Shown here: one piece after another, positions 52,017-64,000 of the stretch
How the letters are laid out: each line of letters starts with the position of its first letter
How positions within the stretch are numbered: the stretch's first letter is position 1
NCBI GenBank assembly: GCA_965213705.1
Contig: OZ243913.1
Span: forward strand, 256,001 to 320,000
Length of the DNA: 64,000 bases
Direction of reading: 5' to 3'
Source of the DNA: Trueperaceae bacterium
Lineage (GTDB): Bacteria > Deinococcota > Deinococci > Deinococcales > Trueperaceae
Notes under the pieces: generated by a model
Told to the model about the DNA's origin: nothing
Seen by the model: the letters and a program-made list of their open reading frames with translations, nothing else
Databases searched by the model: none
Translations under genes and position numbers: made by a program

Positions 52017-53897
52017 CTAGTTGGAAGCTTGAAGCAAGTTGCCGGCTCGAGCCAGTCCCAGTTCGGCCAGCACTTTCCGAATCGCGTTGGGGCCGTAGCC
52101 GAGCGCTTCGTGCTGCGCGACAGGGTCGCCGTGTGGCACTACGACGTCTCCTATACCCAGTCGCCGCAGCGTGACCGGTGCGCCCTCGTCCGTCAGCACC
52201 TCGGCGACCGCCGAGCCCAGACCGCCGTGGAGCGCGTGGTCCTCGACCGTGATGAGCGTCCCGGCGCGCGCAGCCAGCCTGAGCAGCAGCGCTTCGTCCA
52301 GGGGTTTGACGAAACGCGCGTTGACGACCCCGACTTTGGGATTGTCCGCAGCCGCCTCGAGCGCGTAGCTAAGCGTCGGACCGAGGGCAAGCAAGTAAGC
52401 TTCGCTGCCCTCTTTCAGGACTTCCCAGGTACCCCACTCTATCTCTCTCCAAGTCTCTACCGCTTGCTCGGTCGCGCGGGCGACTTTGCCCCTGGGCCAG
52501 CGGATAGCCTTGGGACCGCCCAGCTCCAACGCTTTTGCGAGCATACTCTGCAACTCGTCGGCGTCTTTGGGCATCGCAACCGACATGTTGGGCAGGGCGC
52601 GCAAGAAGCTCAGGTCGTAAACACCTTGGTGCGTCGCGCCGTCGCCGCCGACCAAACCGGCCCGGTCGACGGCGAAAACAACATCTAAGTTTTCGATGCA
52701 GACGTCGTGAATGACCTGGTCGTAACCGCGCTGCAAAAAGGTGCTGTAAACGGCGACGATGGGCTTTTCACCGCGCAATGCCAAACCCGCCCCGACGGTC
52801 ACCGCGACGTCCTCGGCAATGCCGACGTCTAAGTAGCGCTCGCTATGAACCTTGCTGTACTCGTCCAAACCGCTGCCGACACGCATGGCCGGGGTGATGA
52901 CCCACACGCGGTCATCAACGTCGGTAAGTTTGACAGCCGCGTCCCCAAAGGCGTTGGCCCAGGTGTAACCCTTGACGGCGGCGACCGGTTTCAAAAGGTC
53001 GAACTTGCCCGCGCCGTGCCACTCGATAGGGTCGGCCTCGGCAATCTTGTAGCCTTTGCCCTTGGTGGTGACGACGTGGAGCATGGTGGGTCCGTCCATC
53101 TTTTGGATGTGCTCCAAGTAGTAAAGCACCTGAGCCACGTCGTGCCCGTCGATAGGCCCCACGTAGCGCACGCCCATCGCGTGAAAGGGGTTGGCGCTCA
53201 CGGGGTCGAAAAAGTGCCGCGCGGCGTCCTTGGCGCGGCTGCCGAGTTTGCTCAAAAATTCAAACCCGCTCAACGCCTCTTTGCCGGACTTTTCCGCTTG
53301 CTGAAACCACGGCTGAACCTGCATGGTGCGCAAGTAAGTCTTGAGCGCCCCGACGTTTTCGCTGATCGACATCTCGTTGTCGTTGAGGATGATGGTCATT
53401 TTGGGCTTGATGTGCCCGATTTGGTTTAGGGCGGCCAGCGCCATGCCGCCGGTCAGCGCGCCGTCACCGATGACAGGGATGACGGCGTAGTCTTCACCGC
53501 GCGCGTCCCGCGCCAGGGCCATACCCAGGGCGGCGGCTAGGCTCGTACTCGCGTGCCCAACGGTGAGTGCGTCGTGTTCGGACTCGCTGCTCGTCGTAAA
53601 GCCCGCCAGGCCGCCCGGCTGCCGGATGGTGTCGATAAGACCTTTGCGGCCCGTCAGGATTTTGTGGCCGTACGCCTGGTGACCTACGTCCCACACAAAG
53701 CGGTCCCGCGCCGAGTTGTACAAGTAGTGAAGCGCAACAGTCAGTTCGACCGCGCCGAGGCTCGAGGCGAGGTGTCCTCCGCCCAAAGAACAGACCCGGA
53801 CAATCTCGCTCCGCAACTCTTCGGCGAGCTGGGGCAAAGCCTCTCTGGGCAGTTTTTTGACGTCTCCGGGTGAGTCGATACCTTCTAAAAGTGACAT
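52017..53897 (-). CDS. dxs: 1-deoxy-D-xylulose-5-phosphate synthase
   Basis: GGHLASSLG, WDVGHQAY, GDGALTGG, YSTFLQRGYDQ, DGATHQG. Confidence 0.97.
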   Translation of the reverse strand: MSLLEGIDSPGDVKKLPREALPQLAEELRSEIVRVCSLGGGHLASSLGAVELTVALHYLYNSARDRFVWDVGHQAYGHKILTGRKGLIDTIRQPGGLAGFTTSSESEHDALTVGHASTSLAAALGMALARDARGEDYAVIPVIGDGALTGGMALAALNQIGHIKPKMTIILNDNEMSISENVGALKTYLRTMQVQPWFQQAEKSGKEALSGFEFLSKLGSRAKDAARHFFDPVSANPFHAMGVRYVGPIDGHDVAQVLYYLEHIQKMDGPTMLHVVTTKGKGYKIAEADPIEWHGAGKFDLLKPVAAVKGYTWANAFGDAAVKLTDVDDRVWVITPAMRVGSGLDEYSKVHSERYLDVGIAEDVAVTVGAGLALRGEKPIVAVYSTFLQRGYDQVIHDVCIENLDVVFAVDRAGLVGGDGATHQGVYDLSFLRALPNMSVAMPKDADELQSMLAKALELGGPKAIRWPRGKVARATEQAVETWREIEWGTWEVLKEGSEAYLLALGPTLSYALEAAADNPKVGVVNARFVKPLDEALLLRLAARAGTLITVEDHALHGGLGSAVAEVLTDEGAPVTLRRLGIGDVVVPHGDPVAQHEALGYGPNAIRKVLAELGLARAGNLLQASN

Positions 53898-53984
53898 GCG
53901 CCTCCTGTCCAGGTCTCCCAAAGTTTAGCAGAGGCCGGGCACCCGCTTTAGTAGTCACTCACGCCCTTTTGGTTTGGTCTTCGT

Positions 53985-54668
53985 TCAGCGTTCGGCTCGG
54001 CCGGTCGCGTTCGTCGCCATGAGGTAAAAGTCGTTTTCGGTTTTGACCTCGCCCACGTAAGGCGTAAACCAAGTGGTAAGCTTTTGGGTAAAAATAACGT
54101 TGCGCTCGTCGTCCAAAAAGCGCGCTTCAAAGTCGATAACGAAGACCTCATAACTGCCCGCCGGTACCTCGACTTGCCGCCGGTCGACGACCGTGTAGCG
54201 GTATTCGACCGCGTAAGACTGCCGCTGGTTTTCGGGCTTGGCTGCCGGATAAAAAACGCTTGCCACCGTGTCGCCGCCCCAGGTAGAGCCGGTATTTAGG
54301 GTTTGCGAAGCCGGAAACTCTTGCACGGGCGGGTCATAGCTGACTTGCTGGCCGGGTCTGTTTTCTTGCAACAGAAACACGCCGTCGGGTTGGTACTGGC
54401 GGTACCAACTGTTGTCCAGTCCGAAACCTTGCAACCGCGTCACTATCCACAGTTCGCCGCCCACGACGGTCGGCCCCGCGACGGTTTGAACGATTTTGGG
54501 TTCGTTGACGCCTGCGCCCGTGGGCAGGTATTGCCAGGTTGCCCCAGCCTCCTGTGGGTAAAAACTCACGGCTTCGCTGAGCTGCTGGACTTCGATTTCG
54601 GAACCTTCGCCTGCGGGCACGCACGCCGCTAAACCGAGGAGCAAGAACAAAAGCAAAAAACGTTTCAT
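53985..54668 (-). CDS. Hypothetical lipoprotein
   Basis: Lipobox LAAC; VEVPAGSYEV...WFTPYVGEVK. Confidence 0.8.
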   Translation of the reverse strand: MKRFLLLFLLLGLAACVPAGEGSEIEVQQLSEAVSFYPQEAGATWQYLPTGAGVNEPKIVQTVAGPTVVGGELWIVTRLQGFGLDNSWYRQYQPDGVFLLQENRPGQQVSYDPPVQEFPASQTLNTGSTWGGDTVASVFYPAAKPENQRQSYAVEYRYTVVDRRQVEVPAGSYEVFVIDFEARFLDDERNVIFTQKLTTWFTPYVGEVKTENDFYLMATNATGRAER

Positions 54669-54982
54669 GGCGACACTCTACCTTACCCTTCGGGCGGCAA
54701 GGGTGAAGTTTGTCAACTCGGCCGCGGCCCCGCCGCCCCTTGCCGAGGTCCCTAAACGGCTTCGGCGCAGCGACCCCGGCGGGCGCGTCATCCAACTTTC
54801 TTGCCCGGACTCCTTAGGGTCAAAGACAACACAAGCTGTAACGTTTCCAAAAGCTCCCCAAGTCTTAACGACTTGGGGAAGCGGACGCGAGAAAAAAGTT
54901 GACCCGCTCGGCCGTCTCGGTACTCAGTTGTCCCAGTACCAATCGTCTCAGTACCAGATGGAAACGCTGTCAACGGTTCAGG

Positions 54983-55183
54983 TCAAGGATAAGACTTGTG
55001 CGACGGGTTGTTTTCCGGCTGTGAAACGGCTATCTCGTGCAAACCCTGTGCGACTTCTTGCAACCGGTGGACGTAATTTTCAAGCCAAGCATGGTCGTCC
55101 CCCAAACCCTTCGAGCCGAGTTCCCGGCGGATGAGTTCTAAGTTTTTGAGGTAGGTGTTGAAGCGCGTTTCCAGTTCGGTCAT
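54983..55183 (-). CDS. Small hypothetical helical protein
   Basis: 66-aa ORF, TATAAT upstream, amphipathic composition. Confidence 0.55.
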   Translation of the reverse strand: MTELETRFNTYLKNLELIRRELGSKGLGDDHAWLENYVHRLQEVAQGLHEIAVSQPENNPSHKSYP

Positions 55184-55261
55184 GGTGCCCCCGTTTCGGG
55201 TATTTATCCCTAATTATAGCAAGCCCTACTATAGCAAGCAGTACGGGTGCCGGTTCCCACG

Positions 55262-55687
55262 TCACGGATTTTGATACCCGCCCGCGCGCAACACCAACTC
55301 GTGGTCGGCGGGGTTTTCTTGAAAGTAAAAGCCCACTTGACGTGTGGAGTGGGCCGGGACGTAGTCGAGGGTGGCGGTGTCGCCCTCGAGCACCTCCTCG
55401 CCGTCTGTGAGTTCGCCCGTGACCGTCAAGTCCGCGACCGTTTCGCCGCCGCCGTTGTGAGCCGTGATGGTTACCAGATAACCCTGCTGCACCTTGCGCG
55501 TCTCCTCTACTGCAAACGTGATGTCGGGCGGCGTCACCTTGACCGCCAAGGCCTGGTACAGCAAAAAGCCGACGACGGTCACGACCAGCGCGAGGCCGAG
55601 AGCGGCGACGAACCACTCGGCGGCGGGGGTTTTGTCGCCTTCCTGCTTCGTTTGCTCAGCCCGCTTGTTCCCAGCCCGGTTGTTCAT
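55262..55687 (-). CDS. TIGR02588-like protein
   Basis: AEWF N-terminal TM; HNGGGETVAD; adjacent to the TIGR02587-like gene. Confidence 0.75.
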   Translation of the reverse strand: MNNRAGNKRAEQTKQEGDKTPAAEWFVAALGLALVVTVVGFLLYQALAVKVTPPDITFAVEETRKVQQGYLVTITAHNGGGETVADLTVTGELTDGEEVLEGDTATLDYVPAHSTRQVGFYFQENPADHELVLRAGGYQNP

Positions 55688-55697
55688 GGTGGAGCGC

Positions 55698-56543
55698 TCA
55701 CAAGATGAGCCGGGCGGCGGCCGCTCCCACGGCGGCCGGAAAGCCGAGCACGAGCGTCGCTAAGACGGTTGCGTTAAGCCCTAAACCGTCGGTGCGGCCG
55801 AAGGTCCACAGCATGTAAAGGCTCGCCCCCAACGCCAGCGCGTAGCCCACGACCGTGAAACGCAAAAAAACTTGCCACTGCGGCGTCCCCTCGGGAATAG
55901 CTTCTTGACCCTGAAACTCCACGGCATAAACAAATCCGTGCATCACGACCAGGGACGCCGCGACCAACGCCAGGGCGTGCCACTCGGTCATTTTGTAAGA
56001 AATTAAAACCATCTCTTCGGTCGGGGCGACGTTCAGGGCTAAAAAGAGGGCACCTGCAAGCATGATGAGCAACTCGGCGGGGTAGCTGCCCTGCTTGTCT
56101 TCTCGGTCTTTCGTGTTACCGCCGAGTTGACTCGTCGCCAACACCGCGCCGATGGCTCCCGGAACCGCCTGGAGGGCGATTTTGCCGACCAACTCGTCCA
56201 GGGACATGCCGGGCACGATGAGCCCGAACAGCGCCAGGACGACCCCGCTTGCCGCGAAACCGACCGCGTAGGCGACAAAGCCGTCGACGAGTTCGTCTTT
56301 TAAGTTGAACGCGTCTTCAAAACCCGAGTAGTAAGAGAGTGCGGTGAGAAGCGGAACGCTCGCCAGCACCAACAGCGCGAGGCGCAAACGGTCCATGTAA
56401 AACCCGAGCCACCACATCTCCATCGTCATCATAAGGGGGAGGGAGAACAAAATAGCGCCCCCGAAAGCGCGCCCCAGACCGGTAACAAAGCGGCGGTTCG
56501 GGTGTCTGCCAGCGCCGTTTTCAGGCTGTTCGGCTCGGTCCAT
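55698..56543 (-). CDS. TIGR02587-like membrane protein
   Basis: GGAILFSLPLMMTMEMWWLG, NVAPTEE, GFPAAVGAAAARLIL. Confidence 0.85.
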   Translation of the reverse strand: MDRAEQPENGAGRHPNRRFVTGLGRAFGGAILFSLPLMMTMEMWWLGFYMDRLRLALLVLASVPLLTALSYYSGFEDAFNLKDELVDGFVAYAVGFAASGVVLALFGLIVPGMSLDELVGKIALQAVPGAIGAVLATSQLGGNTKDREDKQGSYPAELLIMLAGALFLALNVAPTEEMVLISYKMTEWHALALVAASLVVMHGFVYAVEFQGQEAIPEGTPQWQVFLRFTVVGYALALGASLYMLWTFGRTDGLGLNATVLATLVLGFPAAVGAAAARLIL

Positions 56544-56768
56544 TCGCGCCCCCAAAAGTTGCCCTCGAGCGGCAAAGCGGTTCGTGACTCAAAAAACAAT
56601 ATCACGCAAGGCTCGAGGCGGGCGAAAACCGCTTGCCAACAGACGGTCGTCGAAGAAACCGAACGCCTCACGAAGAAAAGTTCTACCACCCAGGCGACGC
56701 CCCACGCTGTTTCCAACCCGGCAGCGCCCGTCGTCCCGCCGCAGCCCGGCGTGCTACTTTTAGGAGCA

Positions 56769-57479
56769 ATGCGCCGGGACCGCACCACCCACCAGCTCAG
56801 ACCCATCACCGTGACGCCGGGCTACAACCGTTACGCCGAAGGCTCTGCCCTGGTGCGGTGGGGTCACACCCACGTCCTCGCCACCGTGACCATCGACAAA
56901 AAACTCCCGCCCCACCTGCGCGGCCAGGGTCACAAGGGTGGCTGGCTCACCGCTGAGTACGCGCTGTTGCCGAGAGCCACCCAGGAGCGTACGATGCGCG
57001 AGCGCCTTTATGCGGGCGGGCGCACTCAAGAAATCCAGCGCCTCGTGGGGCGCAGTCTGCGCAGCGTCGTCGACCTGAGCTTTTTCCCCAACAAAACCCT
57101 CATCGTCGACGTGGACGTGTTGCAGGCCGACGGCGGCACGCGTTGCGCGGGCATCTTAGCGGGTTACGCCGCGCTGCACGAAGCGGCGAGCCGACTCGTG
57201 TTCAAGGGCGAACTGTCCGAGTGGCCGCTGCGCTACGAGATGGCGGCGGTCAGCGTCGGGGTGGTGGGGGGCAAAACGCTCGTCGACCTGGAATTCAGCG
57301 AAGACAGCCGCGCCGAGGCCGACCTGAACGTGGTGGCGACCTACGGCGGCGACATTATAGAAGTCCAGGGCGGCGGTGAGGCCGCGCCGCTGGGCGCAGA
57401 ACAGTATGTGCAACTCGTCGCGACGGGCATCACCGCGGTGCAGCGCGTCCTCGACACGGTGCGTTCACAACTTTCTTAG
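56769..57479 (+). CDS. rph: Ribonuclease PH
   Basis: AEGSA, GWLTAEYALLPRAT, GRTQEIQRLVGRSLR, QADGGTRCA. Confidence 0.95.
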   Translation: MRRDRTTHQLRPITVTPGYNRYAEGSALVRWGHTHVLATVTIDKKLPPHLRGQGHKGGWLTAEYALLPRATQERTMRERLYAGGRTQEIQRLVGRSLRSVVDLSFFPNKTLIVDVDVLQADGGTRCAGILAGYAALHEAASRLVFKGELSEWPLRYEMAAVSVGVVGGKTLVDLEFSEDSRAEADLNVVATYGGDIIEVQGGGEAAPLGAEQYVQLVATGITAVQRVLDTVRSQLS

Positions 57480-57499
57480 AAAGATTTCGAGATTCTGAC

Positions 57500-58102
57500 G
57501 TGACCGAACTCGTCATCGCCAGCAGCAACGAGGGCAAGGTGGCCGAGTTCCGGACCGCTTTGGCGAGTTTGCCGGTGACCCTATTCTCAGCTCGAGACTT
57601 AGGCCTCCACGACTTCCCCCCGGAAGATGCCCCAAGCTACGCCGGGAATGCCGCCGTCAAAGCCGCCTACGCCGCGGCCCGTACCGGCCTGCCGAGTCTG
57701 GGCGACGATTCGGGCCTAGAGGTCGCCGCACTTCACGGAGCACCCGGCCTTTACTCGGCGCGTTACGGGGGGCGTACCAGAAGCGCGGAGCGCGTCACTT
57801 ATCTATTGCAGGAGTTGCGCGGCGTGCCCCAAGAAAAAAGAGGGGCCCGCTTCGTCTGCGCCCTCGTCCTGGCAACCCCGCAGGGTGAACTGCACACCTT
57901 TCAGGGCGAATGTTCGGGCCGCATCCTCACCGAACCCCAAGGCGAAAGCGGTTTCGGCTACGACCCAGTTTTCTACAGCCTCGACCTGAACAAAACGTTT
58001 GCCGAGGCGGACGCCGCCGAAAAAGAATGCGCGAGTCACCGTGGCCGCGCCGTTGAAAAGTTGAAGGCTTGGCTCGGTAAATTTAGGGACGGTACCCTCT
58101 AA
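57500..58102 (+). CDS. rdgB: Non-canonical purine NTP pyrophosphatase
   Basis: ASSNEGK, DDSGL, PGLYSARY, GFGYDPVF, SHRG. Confidence 0.95.
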   Translation: MTELVIASSNEGKVAEFRTALASLPVTLFSARDLGLHDFPPEDAPSYAGNAAVKAAYAAARTGLPSLGDDSGLEVAALHGAPGLYSARYGGRTRSAERVTYLLQELRGVPQEKRGARFVCALVLATPQGELHTFQGECSGRILTEPQGESGFGYDPVFYSLDLNKTFAEADAAEKECASHRGRAVEKLKAWLGKFRDGTL

Positions 58103-58122
58103 AACTGCCGCCCAAAACGGGC

Positions 58123-58232
58123 TTGCCCAATCCCTTCAACTCACCTATACTAAAGTTCTCAAGGGACATAACCAGAAGATAAAAACAAATGTTGCATGGG
58201 GGTTGACACGCCCCGCGATAATTGTGTACACT
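58123..58232 (+). promoter_or_regulatory. Tandem rRNA promoters P1/P2
   Basis: TTGCCC-17-TATACT (58123-58151); TTGACA-18-TACACT (58203-58232). Confidence 0.8.
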
Positions 58233-58458
58233 TACTTTTGCCGCTTGAAAAGGCGGCGCGAACAATGACAGGCGAATAGAAGTGATAGAGCATCCTTTTG
58301 ACGAGTACCATTTTGTCAGAAATGACGGTGGGAAAGGCAAAATTAAGCAATACCGGGATTAGTCCCGAGCATTGCGTGTCTGATGTACTTACATTTACCA
58401 ATCAAGGTTTTTGGTTTTCAAGGTTCATCTGTTTACAGGTGACACCTTTAAACACAAA

Positions 58459-61391
<2,933 letters not shown>

Positions 61392-61505
61392 TTTTTTGGA
61401 CTTATTCGAGTCTATCAGACAAGCAATATCACTTCTATTCACCACCTGTCACTATTTGGTTTTGGTACCATAGGCAAATTATTGATGATACCAATAACTA
61501 TTTTT

Positions 61506-61624
<119 letters not shown>

Positions 61625-61713
61625 TTTATTTTGAGAGAGGTATCATCTGTTCTCAGGTGGTGCCTCTAACTATTAAGATGAGGTATTGTTGGTCAAAAGA
61701 TGATACCTCTCGT

Positions 61714-61789
<76 letters not shown>

Positions 61790-61801
61790 AAAATAACGAC
61801 G

Positions 61802-61831
61802 ATGCTCCACCGGTAGCGGTGGAGCGTTTTT
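61802..61831 (+). terminator. rRNA operon terminator
   Basis: GCTCCACCG-GTAG-CGGTGGAGC then GTTTTT. Confidence 0.85.
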
Positions 61832-62078
61832 ACTTTCAGCTTTACTAAAACGCATTCTATACAAAAGAACGATGTCACGCACGACAGGTGACTTTTATAC
61901 TCGAGCCCTTCAGCGGAGCCGTGAGCTTTGGAAGGCGGCTTACGCGTGTTTGCCGCCGTGAACTGTAAAATGATTTGTGTCAACTGCATCTTGTAAGTGT
62001 TGAAACCTCCCGCAGAACGCGGGCGCGCACTTTTGTTAAACTCAGAGCATCGGCATTTCCTACCAAAAAAGGAGCTAC

Positions 62079-63155
62079 ATGGACATCGCACCCCCTCTTT
62101 ACCTCGTCGAAAACGACCGCCCCAGGACGCCAGCAAGCCTGCTCAGCAACTCGCAGAAAGACCGGCTTATCGAGCGCGGCTTTTTGGGTCTGTACCGCTG
62201 GTACACCGCCCGCAGTCAAGAAACCCGCAACTGGAACCCGGACAAATCGTTCGAATGGGGTAAGCTGCGTCAGGACTTTTCAGAACCCTTGATGCAAGTG
62301 TTGCAGGGCTTTTTCGCGGTTGAACAGTACGCGCCGGACTTTACCGGCCGCATTTTGCAGATGGTGCGCCGCAGCCACGGGCGCAGCCACTTTCAGATGC
62401 GCTGGGGCTCGGAAGAGGAAAAGCACGCCGACACCTGGGAAAACGCGGTGCTGTTTTCGCGCCAGCGCAGCCCCGAGTGGATGGAAGAGTACAAGTACAA
62501 CCTCCGCTCCAAAGTTTGGACCGAGCCCTGGGGCGACGCGCTCCACAACCTCGTTTACACGGTTTTCCAGGAACGCGCCACACAGCTCAACTACCTCAAC
62601 TTAGCCAAAATCGCTCGAGGCCAGTCGAACAAGCCGCAGCACAAAAACGACGTCGATCCCATTTTAGCCAACGTCGCTACGACCATCGCCGTGGACGAGG
62701 CGGCGCACTACAACTTCTTTTTAGAAGGCACCCGCCTGTTCCTTTACTATTATCCGCAAAAAACCCTCGAGGCGGTCAAGGACGTGCTCGAGCACTTCAC
62801 CATGCCGGCTTACGACCTCGTACCCGACTGGGACGAGTTTTTCGACGCGGTCTACAAGGGTGGCATCTACGGGCCGCGCGAGTATGCTCGAGACGTGGTG
62901 CAGGTCGTGTTCCGCAACTTGGGCGTCGAGAGCCGCAAGGCGTTGGAAGAGGGCATCAAGAAAACCCGCCTGGTCCCAACCGACGACGAGAGCGCCATGC
63001 ACCAGACGGCCCTATGGGACAGCTACGACTACGGTTTGGTCGAGGGCGATGTAAAGCGGTTGTTCGGCAAAATCGGCAAGTACGAACAAGAAATCGGCTT
63101 CGACCAAATCGACCCGACCGTGTTCGTCAAGAATCCCGAATATCCAGGCGAGTAA
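62079..63155 (+). CDS. Soluble acyl-ACP desaturase (ferritin-like di-iron)
   Basis: RWGSEEEKH, VYTVFQERAT, IAVDEAAHY, FTMP. Confidence 0.88.
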   Translation: MDIAPPLYLVENDRPRTPASLLSNSQKDRLIERGFLGLYRWYTARSQETRNWNPDKSFEWGKLRQDFSEPLMQVLQGFFAVEQYAPDFTGRILQMVRRSHGRSHFQMRWGSEEEKHADTWENAVLFSRQRSPEWMEEYKYNLRSKVWTEPWGDALHNLVYTVFQERATQLNYLNLAKIARGQSNKPQHKNDVDPILANVATTIAVDEAAHYNFFLEGTRLFLYYYPQKTLEAVKDVLEHFTMPAYDLVPDWDEFFDAVYKGGIYGPREYARDVVQVVFRNLGVESRKALEEGIKKTRLVPTDDESAMHQTALWDSYDYGLVEGDVKRLFGKIGKYEQEIGFDQIDPTVFVKNPEYPGE

Positions 63156-63166
63156 GAACTGGCCCG

Positions 63167-63204
63167 CCGCCGACTCGCACCCTAGCTGCGAGTCGGCGGT
63201 TTTT
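63167..63204 (+). terminator. Intrinsic terminator
   Basis: CCGCCGACTCGCA-CCCTAGC-TGCGAGTCGGCGG-TTTTT. Confidence 0.8.
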
Positions 63205-63209
63205 CGGCA

Positions 63210-63908
63210 ATGCTGAAACTTCTTCTTTTCGACATCGACGGCACCTTGCTCCTGTCCAACGAAGCCGGTGGACGGGCGATGACCCGAGCAGGAAAACGTC
63301 TGTTCGGGTCATCGTTTACGTTCGAGGTCGACACGTCCGGGATGCTCGACCCGCACATCTACCGGAACCTCGTCACGGCAAATCCTGACCTGAACATGGG
63401 CGACATGCACGACACTTTCAAAAATGTGTACGTCGAGACCCTCGAGACCGAACTCGGGCAACCCGGTTCCCACGCTTACGCCCTCCCCGGTGTCGAGGCC
63501 CTACTCGCCACTTTGCGGACCTTCGAATACTTAACATTGGGCTTGCTGACAGGCAACTACGCGCCCGCTGCAGCGCTGAAATTTCGTTCGGCGGGTTTGG
63601 CTATCGACCAGTTTCCTATCACCGCGTTCGGTGACGAAGCCGCGACGCGCCCCGGTCTTGTGCAGGTTGCCATGCAAAAATACCGGGACTTCGCGGGAGA
63701 AGGCCTCGAGCCCCGTCAGGTCGTCATTATCGGGGACACGCCCAAGGACATCGACTGCGCCCTCGCCAACGGCTGTGTCGCTTTCGGTGTAGCAACAGGG
63801 CGCTACAGCGCCGATGAGTTGCGCACGGCGGGTGCGGAGGTTGTGGTGGAGAGTTTGCTCGAGCCCTCTCCCCTGCTCGACCTACTGTCAACACCGGTTT
63901 CTCCGTAA
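63210..63908 (+). CDS. HAD-family phosphatase
   Basis: FDIDGTL, LLTGN, IGDTPKD. Confidence 0.92.
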   Translation: MLKLLLFDIDGTLLLSNEAGGRAMTRAGKRLFGSSFTFEVDTSGMLDPHIYRNLVTANPDLNMGDMHDTFKNVYVETLETELGQPGSHAYALPGVEALLATLRTFEYLTLGLLTGNYAPAAALKFRSAGLAIDQFPITAFGDEAATRPGLVQVAMQKYRDFAGEGLEPRQVVIIGDTPKDIDCALANGCVAFGVATGRYSADELRTAGAEVVVESLLEPSPLLDLLSTPVSP

Positions 63909-64000
63909 GCGTTGACGCGCCAAATTTGCTCGAAAAAGCGCTCCCGACGGCCTTTTCGGCTCATAGTTCTAACACCTATCTAATTTCGCCAGGCTGCGAG

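Overview
High-GC bacterial chromosomal window, very likely Deinococcota (Truepera-like). This is inferred from a 23S-5S-tRNA-Gly(GCC) unit with no linked 16S, many apparently leaderless genes, and a Uma2 nuclease. Core genes: pgi, pgl, ade, serA, lnt, metF-metH, fadI/fadJ-like, lpdA, dxs, rph, rdgB and a soluble acyl-ACP desaturase. Accessory patches: (i) 1-4240, a toxin-antitoxin/IS cluster in which an IS1 has split a Phd antitoxin but left its VapC toxin intact, plus an IS4-family element next to a decayed relative; (ii) 26.7-30.6 kb, a two-gene fused-RM + S restriction system and an orphan antitoxin; (iii) 36.1-37.9 kb, an AT-rich, tightly overlapping three-gene operon (TIGR04255-like, NWDGxGA protein, ADP-ribosyltransferase/RES-like protein), the best candidate for an undescribed defence/toxin system; (iv) a second IS1 at 48 kb. 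Window-wide, the palindrome CTCGAG is strongly over-represented in native DNA and scarce in foreign DNA, like a HIP-type signal. Other oddities: a PAP2 phosphatase with an RHH-like tail, an OmcB-like Cys-paired DUF11 protein, a LEA-like lipoprotein and several structured leaders. All family calls come from motif recognition by eye; no searches were run.
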